Source: Squalus acanthias (Eukaryota). Taken from it: DNA of 64,000 nucleotides. Under the pieces are notes generated by a model that saw only the letters and a list, made by a program, of their open reading frames with translations, was not told where the DNA came from and ran no database searches. The position numbers and the translations under genes are program-made. Location: assembly GCA_030390025.1 (NCBI GenBank), contig CM059431.1, positions 120,654,001-120,718,000 of the forward strand. Reading direction: 5' to 3'. This document shows, one piece after another, positions 11,574 to 24,560 of the stretch (its first letter is position 1; every line of letters begins with the position of its first letter).

Positions 11574-13779
11574 GAGCTAGATTTTTCCAACCTCGCGGGT
11601 CTGGGGTGGCCGACGCCCGTGGCATGTGGGGACCCCGCATCTGGTCGATCCTGGCCTCCAACAAGATTTTACGATGATTGGGCTTGTTAAGCCTGCCCTG
11701 CGAAGTTCCCGGCCAATTAAAAGAACATAAGAACATAAGAAATAGGAGCAGGAGTAGGCCATTTGGCCCTTCGAGCCTGCTCCGCCATTCAATAAGATCA
11801 TGGCTGATCTTCTACCTCAACTCCACTTGCCTACACTATCCCCATATCCCTTGATTCCCTTAATATTCAAAAATCTATCGATCTCTGTCTTGAATATACT
11901 CAACGACTGAGCCTCCACAGCCCTCTCGGGTAGAGAATTCCAAAGATTCACCACCCTCTGAGTGAAGAAATTTCTCCTCATCCCAGTCCTAAATGGCCGA
12001 CCCCTTATTCTGAGACTGTGATCCCTGGTTCTAGACTCCCCAGCCAGGGGAAACATCCTCCCTGCATCTACCCTGTCAAGCCCTGTAAGAATTTTGTATG
12101 TTTCAATGAGATCACCTCTCATTCTTCTAAACTCTAGAGAATAGAGACCTAGTCTACTCAATCAGTCCTCATAGGACAATTCCCCCATCCCAGGAACCAG
12201 TCTGGTGAACCTTTGTTGCACTCCCTCTATGGCAAGTATATCCTTCCTTAGGTTTCTCGTCATCAGCCGGTTACCTTAAAGGGACCATGTCCACAATCAT
12301 TTGGACAGTTGCTTATGGAGGGAGTCACAGCACACAGGGAGGTTCTCTTCCCTTCCAATTGGCGGAAGACACCTCCCAAGCAGACCAACGCAGCCTGGTT
12401 GCACATTGCACAGGAGGGTACAAGCAGGGATGTCATCAGTAGGACCAGGCTGCAGTTGCGCAAACCTTTCAATGATCTCAGTAGATCACGAAACGTTACT
12501 GCAAAGCCACACTCAGCCTCATCCTGCTATGCCACTCATCAAATCCCTTCACTCTGCCTTCCCTACCCTACTCCTGCACATCCTTACTCACACCAACTTA
12601 CCTTGTGCCTCCACCTATCCCTCTCTATCCACATTATCACTTCCTTATCTCACTAGCCACCCATCACACTCACCTTCACCCTTGTCCAATCATACCAACT
12701 AACAACACACAAGGGTAGGCAGTTAGGTGTTATCGCCAATGTTCATGCTATGTTTCTGTTAATGTGTTGTCAAACATTGAAATTTTTATTTTCAATGCTT
12801 TGCCTTCTTGGACAGATCTGTGTGCACCAATGGAAGTGGCTTAGTGAGTTGCAATGAATGGTGAGACATAACGGTACCCCCCGCAATGGTGATGAGTGTG
12901 AAAGGAATGGCTTGGGCATTGTAGGGATGCTTTATGGTGTTGGTGTGGGGTGGTGCCAACCTGGCATATCATGTGGCAGCCAGGGTGTACAGTGTCAAGT
13001 GAAGTAAATGTGGCCATGGTGAGGCCATTCCTGGCATCCCGGGCAGCAATGTGGTCGGGTGCTGATGGCTTCTGTCCTGTGCAGCATCAGGTGATTGCGG
13101 ATAAGGTTGGTGTTGTTGTTGGTACTGCTGGTGTGCCTGGTGATGCTGGTGTGCCTGGTGATGTTGGTGTTGGGGCTGATAATGGTGGAATTCTGAGGAC
13201 CAAGGTGAGATTTTTTCAAGGGCACCGATGCTGATGGAATAGATGGCAGGTGAACTTGGGATGACAGAAGCGATCTGTCAATGGTGAGAGAGGTTGCTCC
13301 AAGGATGTGACACTGGACAGAGAGTTTGCTCCAAACACTTCAAAACTCCAAAAAGCTGAAAAGTGTGTTCCAAATCCTGAAGGCTCCAGCCTCTAAGATT
13401 GGAAATTGAAAAGCTGTGAAATGATAGCTTTTATACCACTTTTGCAGCTGTCAACTATTCACAGCAATGCTGAGTCATTGAGAACCCGACACACTTACCT
13501 AACATGATCCCCAAGCGCCGTGAACCTCATAAAAAACATGGAAAAATTGTTGGGAACTGATAAAATGCTGCTTAAATACCTTTAAGCAGCTTCTTAAGTA
13601 TCTCACTTGCCTGACCCGTCGCTTAGTGCCGGGTCTGCAAACTGCAGGCAGAGCCGGCACTTGGGAAATTAACAAGGAGGCGGGTTCAGAGCAGACTTCT
13701 GTCCCGCTGTCAATCACTGCCATTTTAACAGCGGACCTGCCTCCAAACCCACTCTCTGAGCGCTGGCAAAATTCAGCCC
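11574..13779 (+). mobile_element. Non-autonomous PIF/Harbinger element (same family as 7767-9504) carrying a CR1 insertion
   Basis: TAA TSD (11571-11573, 13780-13782); Myb/SANT remnant MEGVTAHREVLFPSNWRKTPPKQTNAAWLHIAQE at 12309-12490. Confidence 0.85.
11720..12252 (-). mobile_element. CR1 LINE 3' fragment nested in Harbinger element
   Basis: LGLYSLEFRRMRGDLIETYKILTGLDRVD...FFTQRVVNLWNSLP; (aagaacat)n tail on plus strand. Confidence 0.92.
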
Positions 13780-14369
13780 TAAGTTACTGATTTATTGTAA
13801 TATTTAATTACTATGCTGACTGAATTTACTGATAGTTACTGACTACATCTGACGAATATTTTTTGCCTGAATTGAAAAAATTCATATATTGAATGCATTT
13901 TATAAGGCATTGAGTTGCTCAGTACAATTAATAATTAGTGCCTCAAATCCATGGGAGATTAACTTACAATATTAAAAAAAATGTTTCACTTCAAAAATTG
14001 CACCAAATAACTGGAGTACAATACCCAGGAGCCAAATTGAGGCTTACCATCTATCCATAACACATCAGGCATCATCCAGAATATATCCCCACAGGTCCCC
14101 AGATTACACCAATGAGTAACACCATAGGAGGTCTACTAGTTCACATAGTATATACAATATACATGCCATTTAGAGCAATATTAAAAATGCATGGATAGGA
14201 GCCATAGCTGATAATGACTCCTAGACAATAACATTTACTTTTGCATGGGACTGATCTGACATTCTTCAACTTTTTCAATCCTTTATGTAACAGCTTCATC
14301 TGCCATTAGTGAGTTAGGTAGTGACTGGCTGGACTGGGTCTGCATTTTAATTGGCAGATGCACCAAATG

Positions 14370-14850
14370 GAATCTTACAGCACAGAAGGAGGCCATTCGG
14401 CCTGTCTTGCCTGTAACTTGCCTCTTTGAAAGAGCTATCGAATTTAGTCCCACACCCCAGTTTTCTCCCTATAATGCTGCAAATTTGTCCTCTTCAAGTA
14501 CATGTCCAATTGCCCTTTGAAAGTTCCTCTGGGATCTGATTCCACCACCCTTTCAGGTAGAGCGTTCCAGATCTTAACAACCCTCTGTGTGAAGAAATCT
14601 CTCCTCAATTCTCCTCTAGTTCTTTCTTTTGCCAATTATTTTAAATCTATGACCTCTGGTTACTGACCCACATGCCAGAGGAAACAGTTTCCCCTTACTT
14701 GCTCTATCAAAACTCCTTATAATTTTGAATACTTCTATTAAATCTCCCCTTAACCTTCTCTGCTCGAAGGAGAATAATCCCAGCTTCTCCAATCTCTCCA
14801 CATAACTGAAGTCCCCATCCCTGGTATAATCCTGGTAAATGTTCTCTGTA
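14370..14850 (-). mobile_element. CR1 LINE 3' fragment
   Basis: RLEKLGLFSFEQRRLRGDLIEVFKI and FFTQRVVKIWNALP in two shifted frames. Confidence 0.88.
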
Positions 14851-15096
14851 TGAGCAGAATGATCCAAATACTTCACTGTGACCCCAAACTCACATCCTTC
14901 TATTCTTTATTTATCGTGCTTTTTTGGCTCATTTAAACAATGGAGAACAAATTCGTTATTTTATGGATTTTATTTTATTGTACCATTACCATTGATTCCA
15001 TCCCCTCCCCAGCCATTGGGGGTTAAATTCGGGAGTGTTCACTTTTGGGCACCCCTACCCCCCGCACACGGTTACTCCCCCATGCACAAATAGTGA

Positions 15097-15522
15097 AACA
15101 TAGAAACAAAGAAGATAGGAGCAGGAGTAGGCCATTCGGCCCCTCGAGCCTGTTCCGCCATTTAATGAGATCATGGCTGATCATCCAAATTCAGTACCCT
15201 GTACCTGCTTTCTCCCCATATCCCTTGATCCCTTTAGCCTTAAGAAATATATCTAACTCCTTCTTGAATATATTCAATGAATTGGACTCAACTGTCTTCT
15301 GTGGTAGAGAATTCCACAGGTTCACCACTCTCTGGGTGAAGAAATTCCTCCTCATCTCAGTCCTAAATGGCTTATCCTTAGACTGTGACCCCTGGTTCTG
15401 GACTCCCCTGCCATCGGGAACATCCTTCCTGCATCTAGTCTGTCTAGTCCTGTTAGAATTTTATAAGTTTCAATGAGATCCCCTCTCATTCTTCTAAACT
15501 CTAGCGAATATAAGCCCAATCG
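15097..15522 (-). mobile_element. CR1 LINE 3' fragment
   Basis: LGLYSLEFRRMRGDLIETYKILTGLDRLDAGRMFP; near-identical layout to 11720-12252. Confidence 0.9.
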
Positions 15523-16041
15523 ACCGGATATTGGGCCTTGGACCTCATCATCATGAAGCCGGCGCTGTGGTAGGAGGGCGCTTAAGGTACGTCGTAGAAG
15601 TTTCACCCAGTGTATCAGGAGGCCAATGATTTACTCAATCAGAACTCTTGTTGCTGCATGGCTTTCATTTTATCGGCACTCCGCATCTGTGCCCGGTTCC
15701 TGACAGGAGTCATGAGCCAGTTGGTGAGACGATGGCCCTTGTCCTCCAGCAGCCAGCCTGTCACCCGATGGCCTGGTGGAGCAGAGCGGGTATTGAGGAC
15801 TGGCGCTGTATGAAAGTGTCACTACCACAGCCAGGAAACCGGGCACCGATCTGCATGAGTCACTGCCTGTGGTCATCAACAAGTTGAACATTGAACAAAT
15901 GAAAGCCTTTCCTGTTGAAAAGCAGTGTTAGTTCATACTACGTGTGAGCAGTCTATGATATCCTGCACCTGCGGGAATCTAATAATGTGGGCAAATTCCA
16001 GTACTCTTCCTGCTTCTGAGCCTCTATGGGCAAGCTAATGA

Positions 16042-16507
16042 AAAGAAAGAAAGACTTGCATTTATATAGCGCCTTTAACGACCACAGGACATCCGAAAAC
16101 ACTTTACAGCCAATGAAGTACTTTTTTGAACTGCAATCCCCGTTGTAATGTAGGAAACGTAGCAGCCAATTTGCACACAGCAAGCTCCCACAAACAGCGA
16201 TGTGATAATGACCAGATAATCTGTTTTTGTGATGTTGGTTGAAGGATTAATATTGGCCACGATGCCAGGTACAAGTTCCCTGTTCTTCTTCAAATAGTGC
16301 CATGGGATCTTTTACAACAACCTGAGTGGGCAGATGGGGGTCTCAGTTTAACGTCTCATCCAAAACACAGCACCTCAGACAGTGCAGCACTCCCTCAGTC
16401 CTGCACTGAGTGTCAGCCTACATTTTTGTACTTACGTCTTTGGAGTGGGACTCAACCCACAACCTTCTGATTCAGAGGCAAGAGTGATACCACTGAGTTA
16501 CAGCTGA
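16042..16507 (-). mobile_element. Deu-domain SINE (SacSINE1-like: tRNA-like head, Deu core, L2-type tail)
   Basis: Core gtgccatgggatctttta....cctgag...gcagatggggg.ctcagtttaacgtctcatcc...agcacctc.gacagtgcagcactccctcag recalled as the Deu domain; tail shared with L2 at 9541. Confidence 0.75.
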
Positions 16508-18516
16508 TGCATAATGGAGTATTGACTCATTGCAAACCGTGAATCAGTGACCTGCTGGATCGCCATGTGAGCAACAACAAACTGGCTAATGTTGCTGATG
16601 TCACCAGAAGTGGTATGGATTAGCCAGAGGCATAAAAGTTTAGAGTCATGGTGACCTTCACTGCTACAGGTATTGCAGTTCATACCCTGGTGTTGGGCTC
16701 CAATTGTCACTCCAAAGGTAGAATAGTAAGTGACTATGTTACCTTGTATACTGCTCCTCTCTGAAGTTCAGGTACGATGTTCTGCTTCTGAATACCTGCA
16801 TGCTCTAATGCCTCCTGCACCTTGCCTCCTTCACCCTCTTCTGTCACCTGTACAGGTCTTTTCTGCCTTCTTTGCTGCTGCTCCTCCTCCTGATTTGGGA
16901 ACCTCAATGGTAGTCCCAGCAGCATTCCCGTGTTCAGGAATTCAGAACAAGCAAATCCTGTGAAACATTTTTCTTGCTTTCCACAAACTCGCTCTGCAAA
17001 AGTATCTCACAGACAAGCACTTATCAAAACAGCCAAAATCTTGGCCCAAAAGCACCCTAGCAGCCTAAAACAACTAACCAGACTTGCCTTATTGGAGATG
17101 AGAATCTCTTTAAATATTGCTTGTCAAGGTTGCTCGCCAACTGTTCCTACCATAATTTTACGAGCAGGTTAAGGAAATGAAGTTTCAGGTGTGCACGGAT
17201 ACCAATTTCACAAGAGGGTCCTGATTCAGACGCTGTGGCCTTATTAATATATTTAAATGATGCCTGTGTTTATTTCAGGCAGCCGCCAGGGACACCTATC
17301 AAACATCCCAACCAATATGGCGTCATGGGCAGCAGAATTCGACCTCAGGGCTTCCATTTTGGACTCAATAAATGTGCGAAACGCATAGCAATCTACCCCG
17401 TGGTGTCCATTTGAAGCTAATGATCAGTAAGAATATCAAAAGAAAAGAAAAGTTTGGATCTGTTGCCAAAATATTTCAATTAATTGTCAGCGCTGGGCTA
17501 AAGAATTTGCAGATTTTTTTTTGTTTTAAAGTTTTGGAAACACGTTCATTTAAATAAACAGTGAATTTAACAGAAATAACCCAGCACTTCAGAAATATTA
17601 AATATTATGAATAATGCTAGATACTTCTCGGTGAAAGCACACATGTAATCTCAGGCCTCAGATGCCAAATATAAGAATGATGCATTTAAGAGAAAGCTAG
17701 ATCAGTACATGAGGGAGAAAAGAATAGAAGGATATGCAAATAGGGTGAGATGAAGTAGGGTGAGAGGAGGCTGGTGTGGAGCATAAACTCCGGCACAGAC
17801 CAGTTGGGCCGATGGCCTGTTTCTGTGCTGTAAATTCTACGTAATTCTATGTAAGGCGAAAATGAACTAAAATGGCTGGTGTACTAGTTTACAAAACATC
17901 CATTGTTCAAGCTGTAAAACAATTAGTGCACCGGGGTTTAAAGTGGGCAATGCAACAGATTATCAAATGTCAGATGCATCTCTGGCAAATACAGGCTCTG
18001 CTTCTTCTGCAATGCAGGTCTGATCCAGCAGTCCATTGCTCTTTGTACCCAGGCAGCTGCCCTATCCAGCTTGGTCACCTTTGGCTGCTGCAGACCAAAG
18101 GCTGCAGGAGTCACTCTGGCTCTGGACAAGGCCATACCATAATTCGACCTGTGGCTCTTGTTGCACAAACTGAAAAAGTGCACAAAGATGCTATTGGGAG
18201 ATTTGTTGGGACAGCATTGAAAAGGAGATTCACTTTCTTGTATCTAATTGGACCCTGCTAACTATGTGACCATGGGGATCTTTCTATTTTATAGATGGAT
18301 AAGGTAGAAATTAACATTGGCAATGATGTATTCATGTTTAATGCACTTGTGTGAAATTCCTTTCTCCACAATTTTAATAGTGCCACTAATCTGTTTAATT
18401 TGAACAATGATTGGACTGCCACCATTACAGGCAAGGTATCTCATCCTGTGGTAGCTTTCCTCTGTTTGACTCACATCAAATAAGATCTTGGTGATATCTG
18501 TGACATTTTTATATTG

Positions 18517-18721
18517 TGAGAAGTCGCACAACACCAGGTTATAGTCCAACAGCTTTATTTGAAATCACAAGATTTCGGAGCGCTGCTCCTTCGTCAGGTG
18601 ACCCGACGAAGGAGCAGCGCTCCGAAAGCTTGTGATTTCAAATAAAGCTGTTGGACTATAACCTGGTGTTGTGCGACTTCTCACTTTTGTCCACCCCAGT
18701 CCAACACCGGCATCTCCGCAT
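18517..18721. mobile_element. Penelope-like element remnant: inverted terminal-repeat pair, each with a hammerhead motif
   Basis: About 83-bp inverted arms (18516-18598 / 18602-18684); core C(T/C)GACGA-aggagc-agc-gctcc-GAAA; 13-bp TSD catttttatattg (18504-18516, 18722-18734). Confidence 0.85.
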
Positions 18722-19569
18722 CATTTTTATATTGGCCATTGGATCAGTTTTTGGGTTAATCTTAGGCAAAATGGATCCCACCTTTACAATCGATTATTAT
18801 ACTCAGGAGTTCAAAGAAAACAGGGAAATTAAAGTTTGATTTTTTTCAAGAAAGGAAGAAATAGGATGGAAATAGTGAGGTATACAAGACAGAAATGAAG
18901 ATTTTAAAAAGTCTCAATTTTAAAGATAGGTGAAAAAGAGAAAGGGAAAGAATAGAGAATGCGGAAAATGATTTTTAAATTTGTTCTCAGGATGTGAGCA
19001 ATACTGGCAAAGACTGTATTTATTGCTTTTCCTAATTGCGGTAGTAAATTTTATTTAAAAAAATATGTCCTTATGTTTATTTTAATTGCTTAAAGTTCAT
19101 TTAGTTGTATCGGGTTAATATTGCAGGAATAAAGTTACTCCTGATATGTGAGCAGCTTAATTACTGTAACATCAATGTTTATCTTAGCATCGCAGTGTAA
19201 GTAACGTTTTTAAAAATAGCCAACCAATTCCTCAGAATAGCATTCTAGAGATGAACCTACACTGGATACATTCTCTAGCTCTGGGTGCTGTTCCCTTGGG
19301 TGTGTTTTGGTCATGTAACGGGGACACACTTCTCCTGCCTCCTTCTCCACTTGTGCATTGTGCAATTTCCCAGTGAACATGGGTACACAATTCCATTACA
19401 TAAATGTTGCAAGAGCTTCATTTACATATGCAATCTGATGCAAATGAACTTCCGTGTAGTTATGTGAAGCTAAGGCTTGATTTGTGCAATGCATTTATCC
19501 ACCCATTTGACATGGGCGTTAAAGAGCAGTCACACTAGTGTAGTGATTATTTTACTGCACTATTAATCC

Positions 19570-19940
19570 AGATGCATGGACTAATAATCCAGTGAATATG
19601 AGATCAACTCCCATCAGTTTGCGACTGTAATTCAGTTTAAAAAAATCTGGAAATAAACAGTGATCATGAAGCTGTCAGATTGCCGTAAGAACCCAACTGG
19701 TTCACAAATGTCCTATAGGGAAGGAAACCTGCCGTCCTTACCTCAGTCTGGCTTATATGTGACTCCCACACCAACATGCCTGACTCTTAAATGCCCTCTG
19801 AAGTGGCTGAGCAAATCTCTCAGTTGTAACAAACTGCTGCTCAAGAAGAAGGCCCACCAACATCTTCTCAGGGCAACCAAGGCCTGGCGATAAATGCCGG
19901 CCTTGACAGTGTTACTCACATCTTGAGAATAAATTTAAAA
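19570..19940 (+). mobile_element. tRNA-derived SINE with Meta-domain-like core and LINE-derived tail
   Basis: Core ctggttcac.aatgtcct.tagggaaggaaa.ctgccgtccttacc; tail aaggcccacca.ca.cttctcagggcaa matches the LINE end at 57125-57165. Confidence 0.75.
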
Positions 19941-20239
19941 ATGTTCTGGCTTTTCAGGAAATAGTTCCTGAAACCTGAATTGTTTGAATTTTGATTGCTG
20001 CAATCAAAATTGCCAAAATGCGTTTCACATTCAGTGTTTCTCTATCTCTGAAAACGAGTGTAAACAAAGGGATGCCAGGAAGGTTTACCTTACATTCCTT
20101 TACTTTCCATTTTCCATGGCGCCATGTTTACAGCCCCGAAAGCAATTGTGAGAACTACCTTCACAGGCTGGTGTTCATCATGGAGACAGTGAGAGTTGTG
20201 CAATCTGCTGCAAGCTGACGCTACAGATAACCTCAAGCT

Positions 20240-20960
20240 CAAACTCTGCACTGCTGATCAACTTCATAACTGACCTCAACGTCTAGGCCTCCGAGTCCTT
20301 CCAGATCGCTACAGGGGACATTTGCAACATTAGTAAATCAGATGCAAAACGAAAGTAATTGCTGCTGTGTTTCCCATTGCAAACAAGTTCATCACTTTTC
20401 CCAGGGAAAAACAGCAGCAGAATGAACGGAACTACAATTCTTTCACAGTCCATTGCATTACTAATGGCACCCATATGGCCATCTGGGACCTTAAACATGC
20501 CATCACACTCGCCCTGAACTGCACAGGCTTCCACTTCATCAATCTATAAGCATTCAGTCACCAACAGTACAGGTGAATGTCTGCTTCCCAAGCAGTAATC
20601 ATGATTCATTTTAAGACAGAATTGAAGGGAGGTGGAGTTGGGGGCTCCGAGGAGATAAAATTTATCCTCTGCTGCCCTGGCTAATGACACTCTTTCAAGA
20701 CTCAAGGTCAAAATGTGAAATCATTGAACAGACTATTGAAACTGTGCCTCAACTGTCTGGACTGTCAGGGAAGGTGTTGCAGTATAGCACTACCAGGAGC
20801 TCCAAGATTATCATTGCCTGCCACATGCCCTAAAACCTTAAAGGGGCCTAACTATAAAAAGAGTTGGAGGAGGAGACCCATCTGCAGGCAACACCGGAGG
20901 ACGCCACTGGCCATAACCCTAAAGATGTGCGTCATGCGCTCGGACAAAACAGTATCCTCA
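20240..20960 (+). pseudogene. Highly degenerate Harbinger (HARBI1-like) transposase
   Basis: Frame pieces ASESFQIATGDICNISKS, FITFP...NGTHMAI and IIEQTIE...SGKVLQYS match the motif order of the transposase pieces at 51480-51830 and 34803-35222. Confidence 0.6.
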
Positions 20961-22461
20961 ACAAGGAGCTGTCCAGACAAAATTGTAATACACAGCAACT
21001 AATTTATTTCTCTAAAAGTAATCTGTAATTTTGTGTTCAATGCTAACTCCAGTACTTCATCTTGGTGAGAGTACACAATAAGAATCTTCTGGAATCTACT
21101 CTCATACTACTTTTAGATATTCACTCAGTGGAACGAGCAAGAGAGGTTCTGGGTGTCCATGAGAGTCTTTTGGAATTGGGGTGGCCCTTCATCTCCTTGT
21201 GCTATTTTATCGGACGACCTTACTAATGGTTCTAATGCGTCTGTTGCTTCAGGGCTACCTCGTCCGGCTTGCTTTCTGGAAGATCTACTGTCATTTGAGA
21301 TGTCGGGGCTAGATGGGCAGGTAGTAGCTTGGCCAGAAGAGACAGCAGCCTTTCCTACTCCAGCCTCACTGCTGCCTCCGAGCCTTTCATCAGAATGCCC
21401 AGTGTGTTGCATGGCAGTGAACCCCTGGGAATAAATGAGGTGTGAAACCCTCCATCTGATCCGTCTGAAGATGGACTCACAATGAAGTTTAATTCTTTAC
21501 AACACATATCTTTTTTTCAGCTGTAACCGACAGCCACTTGCCCAACTGGACTCTCCATCTGATCTATCAATATAACCAAGAGAGCCTGGAGGAGGTTGGA
21601 GACCTAAGTCTCTATAGCAGCAGTCTGAGCATTCATGAGCGATGCTCCCACTGCCCTTGAAATTCCTGGAGGGCTTCCCAATTTCCCATTAAAATGTCAG
21701 AGGGATCAAACAAAACCCCAGAGAAATGGCATAAACAGCTGAAAATGTCCAATTACGCCATTCGTCCAATGCTTAAAAATGGGATCCATTTGTTGCTCCT
21801 CTTGCTTTACCGTTGCTTGAAGATGCATTCCCCTCCCCCACACAGACGCACGTCATTTTATTTCAGTCACAGGTACTCATGAAATTAAGATGCTGCTGCA
21901 AAACTACAGTCAAATTTGGTGCGGTTTCAGAGACATTAACATTTAAAGTTTGATTAACTAAACAGATAGCAATCATGCTAAACACTGAGCTGTTTACTGT
22001 GCCAGTCTGTCAATCATTCATCATGTGGAAGCCAATTTTAATTTCCCTCAGCAGGGAACCTCCTGAGCTTTCGAAGGAAAGAACGGTGTTGCAAATAGTT
22101 TTTTAAAATGCTGGTAGAGCAGAAAGAGAGAAAAGATTGAAGAATACTCTGTTGGGATGGTTTTTCAAATGCATGCTAGCTGTGTGGAGCCTCGGCCACT
22201 AGAAACACACATTGGGTAATTGGGTTGCCCTTCCCATTATTTTCTGGACACAAAATGATGGGAAGCGAGCCCCTAATGTATGAAATGTGTACCAGATAGG
22301 TGAGACTCCACAGCAGCAGCATGCATTTAGAAAATTGGCCCTAATGAAAATACAAAGTACATTTTGAATTAATATAGAGCTTTTCAAAATGTGGCCTTGA
22401 GTGTTCCTCTGCTTTAACGAAGCAATATAATCTTGTCATATCAAAATTCCAAACTAATAAT

Positions 22462-23138
22462 GGCCCTGATTTTAAAGGGGAGGGCGAGTAACGTGCAGGC
22501 AAGACCTGAAGCGGGCAGCAAACCGGGGGAGTCCAGGGACGTGGACCTTAACGGCCAGGCATCATATGCATGAATTTCCCGGAGTCCTGCCCAAACCTGG
22601 CCAGATCGACTACCTGGCTAGTCGGCGGCCATTCAGAACTGTCCCCGGCAATCAGTTGAGGAGGGGGTCTCTGGAGGTGATTGGTAGGGGGTAGGTTCTA
22701 GCCGCGATCAGGGGCCAGAGGGAGCCCAGAGCAAGGGAGGCCCTTTGGCTTCATTGTGAGTCTCGGAACAGCACTCCTGCTCCTCCTGGCCCACAAGGAA
22801 ACCTAAGATAAAGTTATGTAACATACCAGCTCGGCCTTTTCTAGTCAACGCCCAGCACCCAACAGGGTTGAACTGATGGAGAAACCATCACTGCTACTCC
22901 GCTCAGGCCACCAACTACTATTACAGTCAGGTCCCGATCACACCATGAGACTCAATCTGCATATTTAAGGAAGGACCCTGCTTCCTTCCTGCGGATGTTC
23001 TGCTCGCCTGCTCGAAAGAGCAGGTTAAGTTCGGGACATGCTGGGGAAACAGCAGGATCAGAGGAGGTGAGCGACTGTCCTTATTTTAACTGTTGCCCGC
23101 CTAGTTTCCACCAGAAGAGGGAAGTTAAAATTCGGGCC
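22462..23138. mobile_element. MITE with Harbinger-like TIRs
   Basis: TIRs ggccctgattttaa ... ttaaaattcgggcc. Confidence 0.65.
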
Positions 23139-23707
23139 AAAGTCTTTCTGAGGTGGGGGTTCTTTTTTGGACATGAAACTTTAATAGTCATCATGTTAAT
23201 ACTGAAATCCAGTTCAACAGGCCACTGGACAAGTTTCTTATGTTCATAAAAAAGAAATCCCTCTCTGTCAGACTAGACCACTGGGATGTTCAACATTTAT
23301 TCACTCTTAGAATGGCGGGAATTAAAAGCAGTCCTCCCTATAAAAGAGCATGCACCATCAAAAAGCATAGGTTTGGATGCATAACCATGACTTGATAGCC
23401 AGAAAAAGAGACGCCCCCTCTGGACTTCAAGAATTGGGAATTACTCTCCAGTCACAATGAAGTGGGCGGTATTTCTCAAGGTAGGCAGGTTGGGGGCAGG
23501 GGGGCCTCCGAGACGGGCGGGAAACCCGGGAGGCCAGGTTTCCCGCAGGCCCTGCTGATTTAACAGCAGGGCCTGATTTGCATATGAGGCCTCGGATTCC
23601 CGCCCGCAGCCAGCCTGATTGAGAGGCTGTCTGGCTGCGGGCAGGTAGGCCTGCAGCTGCGGAGAGGGAGCAACGGGTCGATCCGGGGGAGGGATCGTGG
23701 AGGAGAA

Positions 23708-24560
23708 GGTCAGGGATTAGCTGGCTTGGTCAGGGATCGGCGGGGGAGGGGGGGAGGGGATTGGCGGGGGAGTGGGGTCGGGGATCGGCGGGGGAGGGGG
23801 GTCGGGGATCGGCGGGGGAGGGGGGGAGGGGATTGGCGGGGGAGGGGGGTCGGGGATCGGCGGGGGAGGGGGGGGAGGGGATCGGCGGGGGAGGGGGGTC
23901 GGGGATCGGCGGGGGAGGGGGGAGGGGATTGGCGGGGGAGGGGGATCGGGGATCGGCGGGGGAGGGGGGTCGGGGATCGGCGGGGGAGGGGGGGTCGGGG
24001 ATCGGCGGGGGAGGGGGGTCGGGGATCGGCGGGGGAAGGGGTCGGGCTTGGCGGGGGAGGGGGGTTCGGGAATCGGCGGGGGAGGGGGTTTCGGGAATCG
24101 GCGGGGGAGGGGGGGAGGGATTGGCGGGGGAGGGGGTCGGGGATCGGGGATCGGCGGGGGAGGGGGGGTCGGGATTGGCGGGGGAGGGGGGGTCGGGGAT
24201 CAGCGGGGGAGGGGGGGGGGGGAGGGATTGGCGGGGGGGGGGGAGGGGATCGGCGGGGGAGGGGGGGTCGGGATTGGCGGGGGAGGGGGTCGGGATCGGC
24301 GGGGGAAGGGGGAGGGGATCGGCGGGGGAGGGGATCGGCGGGGGAGGGGGGAGGGGATCGGCGGGGGAGGGGGGAGGGGATCGGCGGGGTCGGGGATCGG
24401 CGGGGTCGGGGGTCAGGGATCTGCTGGCTCGGTCGGGGATCAGCGGGGGAGGTTGGAGGATCGGCGGGGGAGGTCGGCTGGGCATCAGGGATCGGCGGGG
24501 TGGGGGGGGGTCGGGGATCAGCTTGGGCTAGGTCGGGGATCGGGCGGGGGGCGGTTGGGG
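23708..24560 (+). repeat. G-rich minisatellite (unit about GGGGATCGGCGGGGGAGGGGGGTC) inside a MITE-like element (about 23464-25085)
   Basis: Dozens of 21-24-nt variant units with long G tracts; flanks resemble the MITE at 22462-23138. Confidence 0.9.

Noticed and set aside
17872..18839. 129-aa ORF and neighbouring partly open frames in non-repeat sequence
   Set aside because: No recognisable motif or clear splice structure; adjacent frames contain stops and a Penelope insertion
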